DNA from: Squalus acanthias | Lineage: Eukaryota | DNA length: 64,000 nucleotides | Assembly (NCBI GenBank): GCA_030390025.1 | Contig: CM059432.1 | Location: forward strand, 148,864,001 to 148,928,000 | Direction: 5' to 3' | In this document: positions 25,490-38,571 of the stretch, piece after piece | Numbering within the stretch: position 1 is the first letter of the stretch | Layout of the letters: each line of letters opens with the position of its first letter | Program-made: the position numbers and the translations under genes | Notes under the pieces: model-generated | Seen by the model: the letters and a program-made list of their open reading frames with translations, nothing else | What the model was told of the DNA's origin: nothing | Databases searched by the model: none

Positions 25490-28135
25490 GCTCTGGAACT
25501 AGCTGTGCCCCTAGCCAAGCTCTATCTGATAATGTGGACATTGCCCAGGTATGTCCTGTCCACAAAAAGCAGGACAAATCTAGACTAGCCAATTACTGTT
25601 GCTCTTTACTACTTTTATTAATGTTCTAGAAGTAGGTCTTGGGGGCACAATTTGCAAGTTTGTAGATGATACCAAGATTTGTGCGAGTGTCGGGATTGTA
25701 AACCACGCTTGATTGCTTCAGGTGGATCTTGATGTGTTGGGGGATTGGGCTCGTGACTGGCAAATGATGTTTAACTGAAAAGTGCAGTGCTATGCATGTG
25801 GGCAGGGTTAATGTTGAACATACATACACCATTCAGGGAAAAGCATTAAAGCAACTGGAGAAAGATAGATCTGGGCGTTCTAGTACATAGATCTCTAAAG
25901 GTCCACGAGCAAGGTCGTGAAGCGATAGTTGGAGCAAAGAGTGTGTTGGGGTGCATTTATAGGACAATTGACTAAAAGACAAAGCATACTATTTTGTCCT
26001 TGTACAAGACCTTGGTCAGACCTCAGTTAGAAAGCTATGTCCAGTTTTGGCACCTCACATGGTGGGTAACATTGAGGCTTTGGAAAGGGTGCAGAGGAGG
26101 GCCACTAGATGAATTCCCAGTTTGACACATCTTAGTTATCAAGATAGGCTTAAAGAGCTGGGAATCTACACGTTGGAGAATCGTAGACTATGGGGTGATT
26201 TGATTGAGGATTATATGATGATGAAGGGAATAGATGATGTTCGAGATTGGACAGTTTGTTCTAATTAAATAGGTCAGGGAGGACAAGGGGTCACAATTTG
26301 GAATTGCATAAGGTCAGACCTAGGTTAGATGTCAGGAGGTGGTTCCTTTCCCAGAGAATAGTGGACCTCTGGAACAGGCTGTCGTCTCGTGCAGTGGACG
26401 CCGATTCGTTGAATTCCTTCAAGCGAGAGCTGGACCTCTTTCTGGCTGGGGCGGAGATCACCTCGTACAAAAGGTAGGCACTACATAGAATCATCAGGGC
26501 CAGAGTGATCTCCTGGAATAGTTTTGATCGCCTAAGGAGGTTGGAGAGGAATTTCCCAGCTTTTTTTCTCCTACATTTGCCTGGGTTTTCATCTTGTTTT
26601 TCATCTCTCCCAGGAGATCACATGGTTTTTGGTGGGATGGCGAGTGTATATATTGTGGCGCACAAGGTATCACAATTGTGTGGGTCAGGCTGGATGGACC
26701 AGAGGTGCGTTTCCTGTCCATCATTGTTCGTATGTTCTAATCATCAGCAAAATGATGGAAAGAGTCGCCATCAATGCTGTCAAGCGGCACTTCCTCAGCA
26801 ATAACCTGCTCATTGATGCTCAGTTTGGGTTCCACCAGGACCATTCAGCTCCAGACCTCATTACAGCCTTGGTCCAAAGCTGAACTCCAGATACGAGGCG
26901 AGAGTGACTGGCTTCGACATCAAGGCAGCAGTCGACTGGTTGTGGCATCAAGGAACCCGAGTAAAACTGAAGTCAACATGGGTCGGGGGAAAAAGTTCAG
27001 TGGCTGGAGTCATATTTGGCACAGAGTAAGATAGAAACAGGATGGTTGTGGTCGTTGGAGGCCAATCACGTCAGCCCCAAGATATTGCTGCTGCAATTCC
27101 TCAATGCAGCGTCCTAGGTCCAACTACCTTCAGCTGCTTCATCAATGACCTTTTCTCCATCATATGGCTAAAATTGGGGGTGTTTGCTGATGATTGCAGT
27201 GTTCAGTTCCATTTACAATTCCTCAGATAATGAAGCAGTCCACGTCTGCATGCAGCAAGATCTGGACGACATCCAGGCATGAGGGCATAAATGGCAGGTT
27301 ACATTTGTGCCACACAAGTGCTAGGCAATGACCATTCCCAACAAGAGAGCGCCTAACTACCACGCCTTGACATTTAGTGGCATTACTATCGCCGAGTCCC
27401 CCCACAATCAACATGCTGGGGGTCATCATTAACCAGAAACTCAACTGGACCAGTAACATAAAATGCCATAGCTACTAGAGCAGGTCAGAGGCTAGGTATT
27501 CTGTGGCGAGTGGCTCACCTCCTGACTTCCCAAAGCCTCACTAGAACCTACAAGGCACAAGTCAGGAATGTGATTGAATATGCTCCAGTCGCCTGGATGG
27601 GTGCAGGTGTAGTAACACTCAAGAAACTGAACACCATCCAGGACAAAGCATTCCGCATGATCGTCACCTCATTACTAGCCAAAACATCCACCCCAATACC
27701 ACTGGCATACCCTGGCTACAGTGTGTACTATCTTCAGGATGCACTGCTGCAAGTCGCCAAACCTTATTTAGTGGCACCTCCCAAATCTGCCATCTCCACC
27801 ACCTGGAAGAACAAAGCTGCCGGTGCATGTGAACACTTTCACCTTCAAGTTACACACCATCCTGACTTGGACATATATCGTCGTTCCTTCTTTGTCGGAA
27901 AACTGAACTGGTTCACTAATGACCGACAGGGAAGGGAACCTCCTACCCCTACTCAGTTTGGCCTGCATGTGACTTTATTCTACGCTATGTGGTTGACTCT
28001 TAATGCCCTCCACTCAGTTGTACATACAATTGCTATGAAAAGGCGGCCCAGAACCACCTCTCAGGGCAACTTTGAATAGGCAATAAATGCGGCCATGCCA
28101 GCGTCCACTACATCACCACAACAAACATTTAAAAA
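25490..28135 (+). mobile_element. Degraded non-LTR retrotransposon of a separate CR1/Jockey-group family, split by a CR1
   Basis: RT motifs IAQVCPVHKKQDK, IISKMME, QFGFHQDHSAPDLITALVQ, PQCSVLGPTTFSCFINDL, FADD. 3' end ggcaataaatgcggcc. Confidence 0.8.
25630..26737 (+). mobile_element. CR1 3' fragment with long 3' UTR nested in the LINE above
   Basis: KFVDDTK, LYKTLVRP and GDLIE motifs. Ends ttcgtatgttcta. UTR shared with 1-545. Confidence 0.82.
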
Positions 28136-28719
28136 TCTGCTTACAGATTTTACATTTTAGCACAAATATCCTCTTAAGTTCCATAAAAAATAAACCTGTG
28201 GTTTTTGAAAATTTAATGGAAACATTTATGATGATGCACCTTTTTTCCCTTCCTACTCCTGGACTTCTGCAGGTTATATAGACAATATACCATTGGATAT
28301 AGGATATAATTCAGTCAGTCCCACCCCACAGAGACTGCCATCAATAATCTAAGGAAAAATATTTTAAAAGGATCTTAACCCATGTACTTAGTGTACTTCT
28401 TTCACCTGCCTTACAACCTCAATTTTGTCCCAAAAAATCAAGTATATGAATAATCAAAAGAACGGTGAAATTAGTACAGCACTGTCATCTTAAATAAAGT
28501 CCATTAATCAAGAAATTTCTGGCATGCAGAAAAACTCAGCAAGAAAATCATTGGAACAAGACAAGGAAAAAAAAACAAGCGATTCTATAAACATCATAAA
28601 TACCTCAGAACTGGTCAAATATTTTTCCTTTCTTAAAAAATAAAAAGTTTTTATTTGCACTGAAACTTCAAGGGTTTAGGTCATCGAATATCACATAAAA
28701 TATTGTCATAATGCCATAC

Positions 28720-28820
28720 CTTAGTTTCCTTTCCCATCATGTATTCAAAAAGCACCTTCTTAAGGTATTCTAATTCTGTGGGCTCCGTTATCACAGAACC
28801 ATCGACAGCATAATTTCCAT
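28720..28820 (-). CDS. GOLGA4: GOLGA4 exon, GRIP domain N-terminal half ((D)GNYAVDGSVITEPTELEYLKKVLFEYMMGKETK)
   Basis: 101 nt, aacag acceptor and GTATGG donor, phase 1/0. Retains the conserved GRIP tyrosine motif EYL..VLFEYMMG. Confidence 0.96.
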
Positions 28821-30869
28821 CTGTTCAGTAACACAGAAAAATGTCAGTGAGGGGGAAAATGTTATGAAAAACAGATTAAATCTTGACAATGCCAACATCT
28901 CGGCCAATATAAAAAGCATATTTCTCAAATTGAGATACAGATAGAAAAACACTGGAACTTAAATCGTTTGAAGGTGTTAGTAAAGACAGCCATTACTGAT
29001 AACGGATAATGGTTGAATTAGAATTATGCTGTGCCAAATCAAAACAAGTTACTGTCTATGCAATTTAAAGTGATGATAATTGTCTCTTTTAGCCCATTTA
29101 ATTTAATTACTTCCTTTTATTTTTGTACAGGGTGACTAGCCGCTTTGCTCAGAAGTAGTAGGCAAAAAGATGGCACCCAAAGAACCTTAAAATGCATCCT
29201 GGCACAACAAAGGCATTGCATCAGTGACCCCCGAGCCTGATGATTCCTCCAATGGCTCACTGTTGAAGGATGATTCCCTAGCTTTGCTGCCAAATTGAAG
29301 ATAAAAAGCATCAGCAAATTTTTCTCAATCCGGGGTCATATTTTAAGAACCGCTGGTTAACCTTGTACATCTTGAAGATGTTGTCCAACTGGCAAAACCT
29401 CTGGACTGACAGCAGTCCTGGTCATCAACAGAGAAGCTTATGTTCTCGAGCTTTGAACAGGCCATTGGCATCACTCAGCAGAAACAATGTTAGTTGCTTC
29501 TCAGCACAGCATTCATGAAGTTTTAAAAAGTCACTGGCTCCCCAATAGGTGAATCAAATAAAACATCTCTAATCCCAATATATACCACACCCATATTTCT
29601 TGAATCGTCCCAAATACCATGTTTACTACTGAAACAGACATGTAAATTCATGTATGAAGCAGACATGTCTGTTTCTGTCGGGCCTATTTATAGCTGGGCA
29701 GTTTTACAAACTAGCAGGTAGGGAGAGCTAATCACAATTCTTGCTCCAATTCCTATACTCCTACCCCACCTGCCCAGATGCCAGCTGAAAAAAATCTGAA
29801 GAAAAATTAAAAGGGGGAATAATTTCTGTACACATGCATAAATGATATGTGCACCTCAGGTTTAATTATCTGCAGTATTTTTTCCTTATGACTGAATGCC
29901 TATGCAGGAGGCAAGGTAAGTGGGGAGACTGAAATTCCAGCCTGTTAATTAGAGTTAGAAAGCTTTTTTTTTTAGAAAAAAAGTTAAATGTACAGGTAAG
30001 TGTTTAAAAAAAAAAACAACATGAAAAGGACTCTGTTGCCTCTCATCCAAAATTAAAATAATTAAATCTACACAGCGTAACCCACCGCTGACTATTTTTG
30101 GGAGGTCATAAAATTACTATCACTAGCCTTTAAATAAAACTATCCCAGCAAATGTAATGCTTTCATAGCCATAATATTAATTTCATAGAACAACCAAGCA
30201 AGAAACTATATAGCGTAAGTACAGAAGGTTTGCCCACTATAGCATTTGCCACCCAATTTAAAATAAATCTTAAGCAACCTAGCAGAACAAAACAAAAAAG
30301 TATTAAAATACATAAAACTGCAGACCGTTGAAAAATCTGCAATTCCCCTACGTGAAAAATATTGTGTATTATAACCCTTTAAAAACAATTCTGCAGTGCA
30401 CGCAAATATCTCTATCGCCATTCACTGACTCACTGTCAATGACACTCATACCTGGCTAAAGAGCCACATATCATTTTTTAAGTACTGATATACAAAATCT
30501 TTTCTTATTGGGAGAGGGGTACAAAACTACTGACTGCATTGTAATAATTAATCATAATGTTAGAAAATCAGTGATATCCTATGTTCCGTTTTGTCAGATG
30601 CTGACAGGAGGTCTGCAGATTTCCAGCATCTTCTGCTTTTATTTTATGTCTTAAAGAAAGTATGCAGGTCGTTGCTAGCATTTGTATTTATCATAACCAT
30701 TTCAAATTTGATTAAGTACAATTGCTTGGCTCTCACTGCTCAAACTGTAAGATGTCAGCCCCACCCATCCATCTGAAAGGAACAGTCCCTCTCTCATCTA
30801 CACACTCCTGAATACCAAAAGTAGCAAAGGTTTCGGAACGAAGGCTCCTGCAAAGGAGCCACATCACCA

Positions 30870-31443
30870 ACTATCAGTTAAATCTACACAGTAACATTAA
30901 GTAAATGTAAGGATTGCTCCACAAGACAGTCGTGCACGAGCTACCAATTGAAATCTGATTGAAATTGAGATATGCCCAGGATGTGGCTGTGGAATAACTC
31001 TCAGCCTGCCCAGCAGGATGTCCTCCTGTAAGATGGTAGAGGTATAGTACAAATTTACCACCCAGTTGGCTTTCAGCTATTTAGTCTCCAGTTAGTCTTG
31101 GGTCCTTGCACTATAAAAAAACAAGTAAGTTCTGAGACTACCTGAATTGCAGCATGTGAGAGGCATAGCTTAGGAATCAGAACATCAACGATGTTCCATT
31201 TCTGACTTGTGTGGCAGTGGATAAAATGATAGAACGGCAATTTCCTGAGCTAAATGAAACTGGCAATCAACATTGGCTAAAAATTCCAAGTAACCTGTAT
31301 GAGGATGCCAAATAAAATACTGTTGATCTACAATAAAAGCTTGCAATTCACTCAGTGTGAGAGCTTGCACTAAAGCAAACCACAATGCAGTTTTCCATTT
31401 AGAAGGTTCGAACAGTGTGTGCATTAACCTGTGCAGAACTCAT
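30870..31443 (-). mobile_element. Fossil DIRS-type tyrosine recombinase fragment
   Basis: Minus-strand VLHRLMHTLFEP..KTALWFAL...SELQAF...FHLAQEIAVLSFYPLPH, then YST-ATSWA...WSN..TFT*CY, collinear with the DIRS1 recombinase consensus. Stops and frameshifts present. Confidence 0.65.
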
Positions 31444-34400
31444 GGAATCATAGAATGATACAACACAGGAGGCCGCCATTCGGCCCATCGTGCCTGTGCC
31501 GTTTCTTTGGTAGAGCTATCCAATTAGTCCCACTCCCCTGGTCTTTCCCCAAAGCCCTGTAATTTTTTTTTCTCAAAGTATTTAACCAATTCTCTTTTGA
31601 AGGTTCTTATTGAATCTGCTTCCACCACCTTTTCAGGCAGTGCATTCCAGACCACAACAACTCGCTGTGTAAAAAAATGTTTCCTCATGTCGCTTCTGGT
31701 TCTTTTACCAATCACCTTAAATCTGTGTCCTCTGGTTACCGACCCTTCTGCCACTGGCAACAGTTTCTCTTCATTTACTCTATCAAAACCGTTCATGATT
31801 TTCAACACCTCTATCAAATCGCCTCTTAATCTTCTCTGCTCCAAGGAGAAAAAGCCCAGCTTCTCCGGTCTCTCCACATAACTGAAGTCCCTCATCCCTG
31901 GTACCATTCCAGTAAATTTATTGCACACCCTCTCTAAGGCCCTGACATCCTTACTAAAGTGTGGTGCCCAGAATTAAACACAATACTCCCGCTGAGGCCC
32001 AACCAGTGTTTAGCATAACTTCCTTGCTTTTGTGCTCTACTCCTCTATTAGGAAAGCCAAGGATCCCATATGCTTTTTTAACAGCCTTATCAACTTTTCC
32101 TACCACCTTCAAAGATTTGTGTACATACACCCCCAGGTCTCTCTGTTCCTGCACACCCTTTAAAATTGTACCATTTAGTTTATATTGACTCTCCTCATTC
32201 TTCCTTCCAAAATGTATCACTTCACACTTCTCTCTTAAATTTCATCTGCCATGTGTCTGCCCATTTCACCAGTCTGTCTATGTCCTCCTGAAGTCTGTTA
32301 CTATCCCCCTCACTGTTTATTACATTTCCGAGTTTCGTGTCATATGCAAACTTTATCCCCTGTATACCCAAGCCCAGGTCATTAATATATGTATGTAAAA
32401 GAGCAATGGTCCCAATATCAACTCCTGGGGACACCACTGTATACTTCCCTCCAGTCAGAAAAAACAATGTTCACCACAACTCTCTGCTTTCTGTCCCTCA
32501 GCCAATTTTGTATCCATGCTGTCACTGTCCCTCTAATCCCATGGGCTTTAATTTTACTAACAAGTCTATTATGTGGTATTTTGTCAAATGCCTTTTGAAA
32601 GTCCATATGCATAACATCAACTGCACTACCCTCATCAACCCTCTCAGTTACCTCATCAAAAAACTCGATCAAGTGAGTCAAACACAATTTGCCTTTAACA
32701 AATCCATGCTGACTTTCATTTTAGTCCAGAATTTTCCTAATGCCATTTCATTTGTCCCAGATTGTCTCTAAAAGTTTCCCCACCACCGATGCTAGGCTGA
32801 CTAACCTGCAGTTGCTGGGTTTATTCCCTCTCCCCTTTTTTAAACAGGTGTGTAACATTTGCAATCCTCCAGTTTTCTCTGGCACCACTCCCATATCCAA
32901 AGAGGATTGGAAGATTGTGGCCAGAGCCTCTGCAATTTCCACCCATACTTCTTTCAGTAAACAAGGAAGCATCCCATCTGGACCGGATGACTTTTCTACT
33001 TTGAGGATTGCCAACCTTTTAAGTATCTTCATCTATTTTTATCCTATCCAATATCGCTACTACCTCCTCCTTTATTGCTACATTGGCAGCATCCTCTTCT
33101 CTAGTGAAGAAAGATGCAAAGTACTCATTTAGTACCTCAGTCATGCCCTCTGCCTCCACAAAAAGACCTCCTTTTTAGTCCCTATTTGGCCCCACCCATC
33201 CTTTAACTACCCTTTTACTATTTATATGTTTATAAAATACTTTTGGGTTCCCTTTCATGTTAGCCGCTAATCTATTCTCATACTCTCTCTTTGCCCCACT
33301 TATTCATTTTTTTAAATCTCCTCTGTACTTTCTATATTCAGCTTGATTTTCTACTGTATTATGAACCTTACATTTGTTATAAGCCTCCTTTTTCTATTTC
33401 ATTTCAACATCTATATCTTTATTCATACCTTTGGATGCCCTTCCTTTCCCCCTCATGGGAATGTGTCTACTCTGTACCCGAACCATCTCCTCTTTGAAGG
33501 CCTCCCATTTTTCAATTACTGTTTTGCCTACCAATTTGCCAACCTTTCCACGAGGTTGTTGAGGTGCTCTGTTGAGGTGCAACCTATCTGTGGCTTGCAC
33601 AGATTCATAAGAACATAAGAAACAGGAGGAGGAGTAGGCCATTCGGCCCTTCGAGCCCACTCCACCATTCAATAAGATCATGGCTGATCTTCTACCTCAA
33701 CTCCATTTCCCCGCCCTATCCCCATATCCCTTGGTTCCTTTAGCATCCAAAAATCTACTGATCTCTGTCTTGAATATACTCAACGACTGAGTATCCACAG
33801 CCCTCTGGAGTTGGGAATTCCAAAGATTCACAACCATTTGAGGGAAGAAATTTCTCCTCATCTCAGTCCTAAATGGCCGACCCCTTATTCTGAGATTGTG
33901 ACCCCAAGTGCTAGACTCCCCAACCAGGGGAAACATCCTCCCAGCATCTACCCTGTCAAGTTAATTACGAATTTTCTATGTTTCAATGAGATCCTCTCTC
34001 ATTCTTCTAAACTCTTGGGAATATAGGCCCATTCTACTCAATCTCTCCTCATAGGACAATCTCCCATCCCAGGAATTAGTCTCGAGAACCTTTGTTGCAC
34101 TCCCTCCAAGGCAAGTATATCCTTCCTTCGGTAAGGAGACCAAAACTGTACACAATACTCCAGGTGTGGTCTCACCAAGACCCTATATAATTGCAGTAAG
34201 GCTTCTTTACTCTTATACTCCAATCCCTTTGTAATAAAGGCTGACCTAATTGATTGCTGTACCTGCATGTTAACATTCTGTGATTCGTGTGCAAGGTCAC
34301 CCAGGTGCCTCTGAACACCAATATTTCCTAGTCTCTCACCTTTTAAAAAATATTCTGCTTTTCTATTTTTCCGACCAAAGTGGATAACTTCACATTTCTC

Positions 34401-34620
34401 ATTATATTCCATCTGTCACTTTCTTGCCCACTCACTTAACCTGTCTATGTCCCTTTGCAGCCTCTTTGCTTCCTCCTCACAGCTTACTTTCCCACCTATC
34501 TTTGTATTGTCAGCAAACTTGGATTTCTCCTGCCCCAGAACTGGTCCTAATGCCCCAGGAATCTGAAGGCCTCCCTCCTGCACCATTTCTCCAGCCATGC
34601 GCTAACCTGTCTTATCCTAC
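31444..34620 (-). mobile_element. CR1 LINE with ORF1 (SGNH esterase) remnant, internal deletion and ORF2 RT; contains a nested CR1
   Basis: Tail gaatcatagaat at 31446. RT motifs MDFQKAFDKIPH and RLRGDLIEV. ORF1-like AWLEKWCRREAFRFLGH*DQFWGRR (34525-34610) and DRLHLNR (about 33570-33595). Confidence 0.88.
33606..34524 (-). mobile_element. 5'-truncated CR1 nested in ORF1 of the CR1 above
   Basis: Tail cataagaacataagaa; SKFADNTKIGG and RPHLEYCVQFWSP. Confidence 0.88.
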
Positions 34621-35633
34621 TGTCCCATTCTGAATAATGCAGCAAACACTGATCAGCCATTCATTGGGAGTGTGTCTCGAAGTTGCAGCAACACACTTGG
34701 ACAACAATCATATTAAACAATGATTCTGACCATTAGTGCTTGTGAATGATCTATTGCATTTTGCACAGTATTTAAAGCTTTTCACATATGGTACTGCAAA
34801 CACACTGACTCAACAATGGAAGCACGCAGTTTGTTTTTAATGCAGGCAATGTGTTGCAAGAGCCAGTGCTGGAGTGCTGGGACACATTGCGCGGAGTGCA
34901 CAATTCCAATTCATGTCTTGGTTAGTTGATGCTTTTGTTGTTTTTTTGCCAGATTAGGTTGCTTTGTCTAAGGGTTTCCACCGAAAATGGAATTGGTCAC
35001 TGGTGTTACCACGTGACCTAAAAAGCATAGCTTTTTTCTTTCTTATATATGCTTGTCCTGAAAAGGACAGTCAAATCTGATATTTTCTGGTGGTTTGTCT
35101 CCCAGTACTAACACCTGAGGCTTCTGGGAAACCTGAAAGAGGTCAAAAACCTGGATGCCAGATAAATGAACAGAATGTTTGATATTCTGCCTACTAACTT
35201 AACATATACCTGTAAAGAGCTTGGACACTTTGTCCCAAGAGGAAATCAACACAATGAGTCAAGATCCTTTAAGGTCCAGAAAAGGCTGCAACAGTAGAGG
35301 CTCCATACAACACAATATTAGGAAACCATATACATCACCATCTATCAGAAATGTCATGACAATAATTCCATGTGTGTGCTAGGCAGATGGCTTCCTCAGA
35401 AAGTTTCAAAGTAGGCTATATACGCCTATAGTGTAAGCAGGGTTCTGAAAGAACCAGCTTTCCAGCCAATTCACAGCCCAAAACCTGGTTACGTACATCA
35501 AAAGAGGAAGAACTACAGGCTAAGTTAGCTCATCTGCAGCATTTCAAAAGTGAATTAGAGGAAACTACCCCATGTCAAGAAGTTAGCATCTCCGTCTCTG
35601 TATTAAAACCAAATGGGATTCCCAATTTCTCAC

Positions 35634-35709
35634 CTCTGTATAGCGTTCCAAGTGGTGACACACAGGAGCTTTTCTCATGGACCCTAAGCTGATCCTCAAG
35701 TGAATGAAT
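35634..35709 (-). CDS. GOLGA4: GOLGA4 exon (IHSLEDQLRVHEKSSCVSPLGTLYR)
   Basis: 76 nt, ttccag acceptor and GTGAGA donor, phase 0/1 compatible with both neighbours. Resembles IHNLEDRLKKYEK...GTPYK. Confidence 0.92.
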
Positions 35710-35807
35710 CTGGAAAATAAACCCAGAAGAACAATTCAGTGAATAAGAGTCTGGGTGCAGAAACTAACCAAAGATTGTATAATAAAAAATGTAAAATCTG
35801 GTTTTAC

Positions 35808-35876
35808 CTGTTCTCTAAATTCCTGTTCCTGGAGTTTAGCATCATTAACGAGAGTAGTCTTCTGTGCTAGCTGCGC
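35808..35876 (-). CDS. GOLGA4: GOLGA4 exon (AQLAQKTTLVNDAKLQEQEFREQ)
   Basis: 69 nt, atcag acceptor and GTAAAA donor, phase 0/0. Matches TQLAQKTTLISDSKLKEQEFREQ. Confidence 0.95.
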
Positions 35877-36999
35877 CTGATAGATTAAGTAAAAATATTT
35901 AAGCATCCGACAAATTAATTTTTCTAAAATTGCAAATTAATTTGAGACTTGGAATGCATATTTACACAAGACATTTGACATTAGTGAGAAGCAGATTTTG
36001 TCCTTGCACTGACACTAAAATTGCACACTGTAAATCAGATTAAGGGCCAAACTGACTCCAACACAAAGCAGAGCTAGCCTACATCCTCCAGGCAGTCTCA
36101 CTGGAGTTAGCTCTGGTATCAGGTCAGGCTCTGATTCTGGATTCAGGGTACACATGTCTGTATCTGCAGCACTGGTGTGAAGCAGAGCCTCTTCACATCA
36201 ATGTTACAGATGTAGCAAATGTACCCTCAGTTTCACAAATCTGAAGGATTTAAAAATCTAACACGTGCTACATAGTAAAATTAAAGAGGTCACTTAGTGG
36301 CTCAGTAACTCAAGTGGTCAAGCATTTCACTCTTAACTCTCAAGACAGGAGACATTTCTATTTTGAAAAAATTAACTTTTCAAAGAACTCCTCTAAGTAT
36401 GGCAGACTTGTTTTATTCAGCTAGATTTTCTGTAAGTATCTGAAAATATCTGGATTTTTGTGACATTTGGCTCTTAATCACTGTCAATATACATCATTAT
36501 TTTGCATACTATTCAACAGTTCAACCAATCAAAATGAATAAAAAGATGAGTAACATGTCAAACTTGGTTTAGAAACGTTCTCAGAAATTTAAATAATTTG
36601 GCTTTAAGGTCATACAGGATTCCCAGAAAACAAAATCCACAGTACTTTTTAAATCCTTCTTGAAAAAACTGAAGATGTTAAGACAAGCAATATAATTTCA
36701 CACATTAAAGTCAAAGCATAGTGCACACAAAGGAAAGTGCTATTTAACATTGCAACGTTTTTTGCGACTACATTAACCATAGCCTCTTGCAAGTAGATCT
36801 GAAACACTAAAAAACAAATAAGTCTTGTAAAACAAAACATCCTGAGCACACTTAACATAAAACATGCTTTTATTTGGGAACTAGCTAATGATTTCCATAC
36901 TTCTTTCATTGCTCTGTACATTGCTTAAAACTGTGTTTCCGTGGATTTTAGCATCTCAATTAGTAACTGGCATCAAAAATGATGCTAATACAGTCTCAC

Positions 37000-37029
37000 C
37001 TGCAGTTCTGTCACTGTGAGTGGACACCC
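37000..37029 (-). CDS. GOLGA4: GOLGA4 30-nt microexon (GCPLTVTELQ)
   Basis: atgcag acceptor, CAG|GTGAGA donor, phase 0/0. Sits at the position of the mammalian VTIMELQ segment. Confidence 0.72.
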
Positions 37030-37248
37030 CTGCATAAATCAACCAAAACAAGACATAAAAATACTAATAATGCAGCTTCATGGAACAACTATGCTTGAAC
37101 TCTTCATGAATAGAATCTGTGGTTATTGTATAATATTTGTGGAACTAGCTCTGGCTTTTTCCATTACAATTTCTCACACAATTGAAGCATCTGGAGAATC
37201 CTGAAAAGTTCATTTAAGAGTACATATTCATTGCGACAAAATATATGT

Positions 37249-38115
37249 GGGGAAGAATTGATGAGGAATGTTAACTCCACCATGACAGGCGGGGGGGTTA
37301 AATCGTCAAATATGCAGAACCCAACCCCAACTTGTCACGAATGTGCCGACTTCAGTTTTAATCACGGTGGGTTTGGGGGCACCCGAGTAACCCGCGCTGG
37401 AGAGGTGGGCCCGTGATTGTAATATGTAAATGAGGCTCCGTTCCTCAGACTTTGGCAGCCATTTGAATTCAACACTGACGAGCCGGGTTTCCCAGTTAAG
37501 TGCTGTTGATAGCACTGCTTGTGGACCAGGAGGAGCAGGAGCGCTTCCCCCCGGCCCCTCAAGCAAATCTTCTGCTGCGATTGGCCGACCCCCTCCCCAC
37601 GATCTCTCCCAGTCCCTTCTCCGACACGATTGCTGGTCGAACGCCGCCCCCCCCCCCCCAACCCCATCATCTCTCCCGGACCCCCTCCCACCCCCCCCCC
37701 CCCGCCCCAGCCTCCCCCCCACGCACTTGCACAAACGATCTCTCCCGGTACCCCTACCAACCCCGCGATCTCTCCTGGGCAACCCCCCCACCACCCCCCC
37801 CCCACGGTCAGCCCAGCTCCTGCTCCCACCCCCCTCCCCCCAATCCCGCAATGTTTTCCAGTTGCTGGGGACCGAACCAATGGTCCCTGGCTTTGGCCTT
37901 CTGCAGCCTGCTATCCCGCCCGGCAGCATGCTGTACGACCAGCTTCTACATCAATCCTGCTGATGGCAAATTACGCTGAAATTTCTTGAGAATCTCATTA
38001 GCATACGCTGGAAAGTAAGAACCAACGTAAACCAAGTAGGAATCAGTGTGAACAATCAGGGCTGGAGAAAAGTGCGGAACAGACGGCTCAAGTCGTATCA
38101 AGGAAATTCCTGCCC
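37249..38115. mobile_element. GC-rich MITE-like element with poly-C tracts
   Basis: Ends GGGGAAGAATTG / AAATTCCTGCCC (9/12 inverted match), similar to the other MITE TIRs. No clean TSD. Confidence 0.55.
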
Positions 38116-38457
38116 TTGGTCTTTTTTTGATCGTACATAGTTTAATAAAACCTACAAAATACCGCATTTTATGAAAACAAAAAGGTAGCCAGCTTAAAAA
38201 AAAACTACATCGTAGGTGATTTTTATTATTCCCCCTTTTTTCTATCCTCAAATATAAAACTTCAGCTAAATGTATTGTTATTTTATGCTTTGTTTGTGTT
38301 GTTCCCCTTTCCTATGTCACATAAATCGGCAGGTACGCCATGTAATCTACAGCAGCAAAGCTTACAATTATCATGTGATGTCACAGCACTAGTTTTGAAG
38401 AATTCATACTGTTCATTTATAGCGTAGCACTCATTCATAATTATTAGTGTGCATTAC

Positions 38458-38571
38458 CTGTTCCCTATTCTGATTTTCCTCATCACGCAGTAACTGCTGA
38501 TGTTGGGCTTGTAACTCCTCGAGTTGCGTCTGTACCTCAGTCACCTTAGCAGCCATTTCATCTTCTCGAGA
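38458..38571 (-). CDS. GOLGA4: GOLGA4 exon (SREDEMAAKVTEVQTQLEELQAQHQQLLRDEENQNREQ)
   Basis: 114 nt, tttaag acceptor and GTAATG donor, phase 0/0. Resembles AREEEMTAKVRDLQTQLEELQ. Confidence 0.94.

Noticed and set aside
30590..30650. Fourth foldback element
   Set aside because: Only a short tail-like piece (cagatttccagcatc) with no inverted arm or TSD.
37306..37989. Pro-rich and Gly-rich ORFs of 150-200 aa in several frames
   Set aside because: Translations of poly-C tracts within a MITE; low complexity, no splice or homology support.
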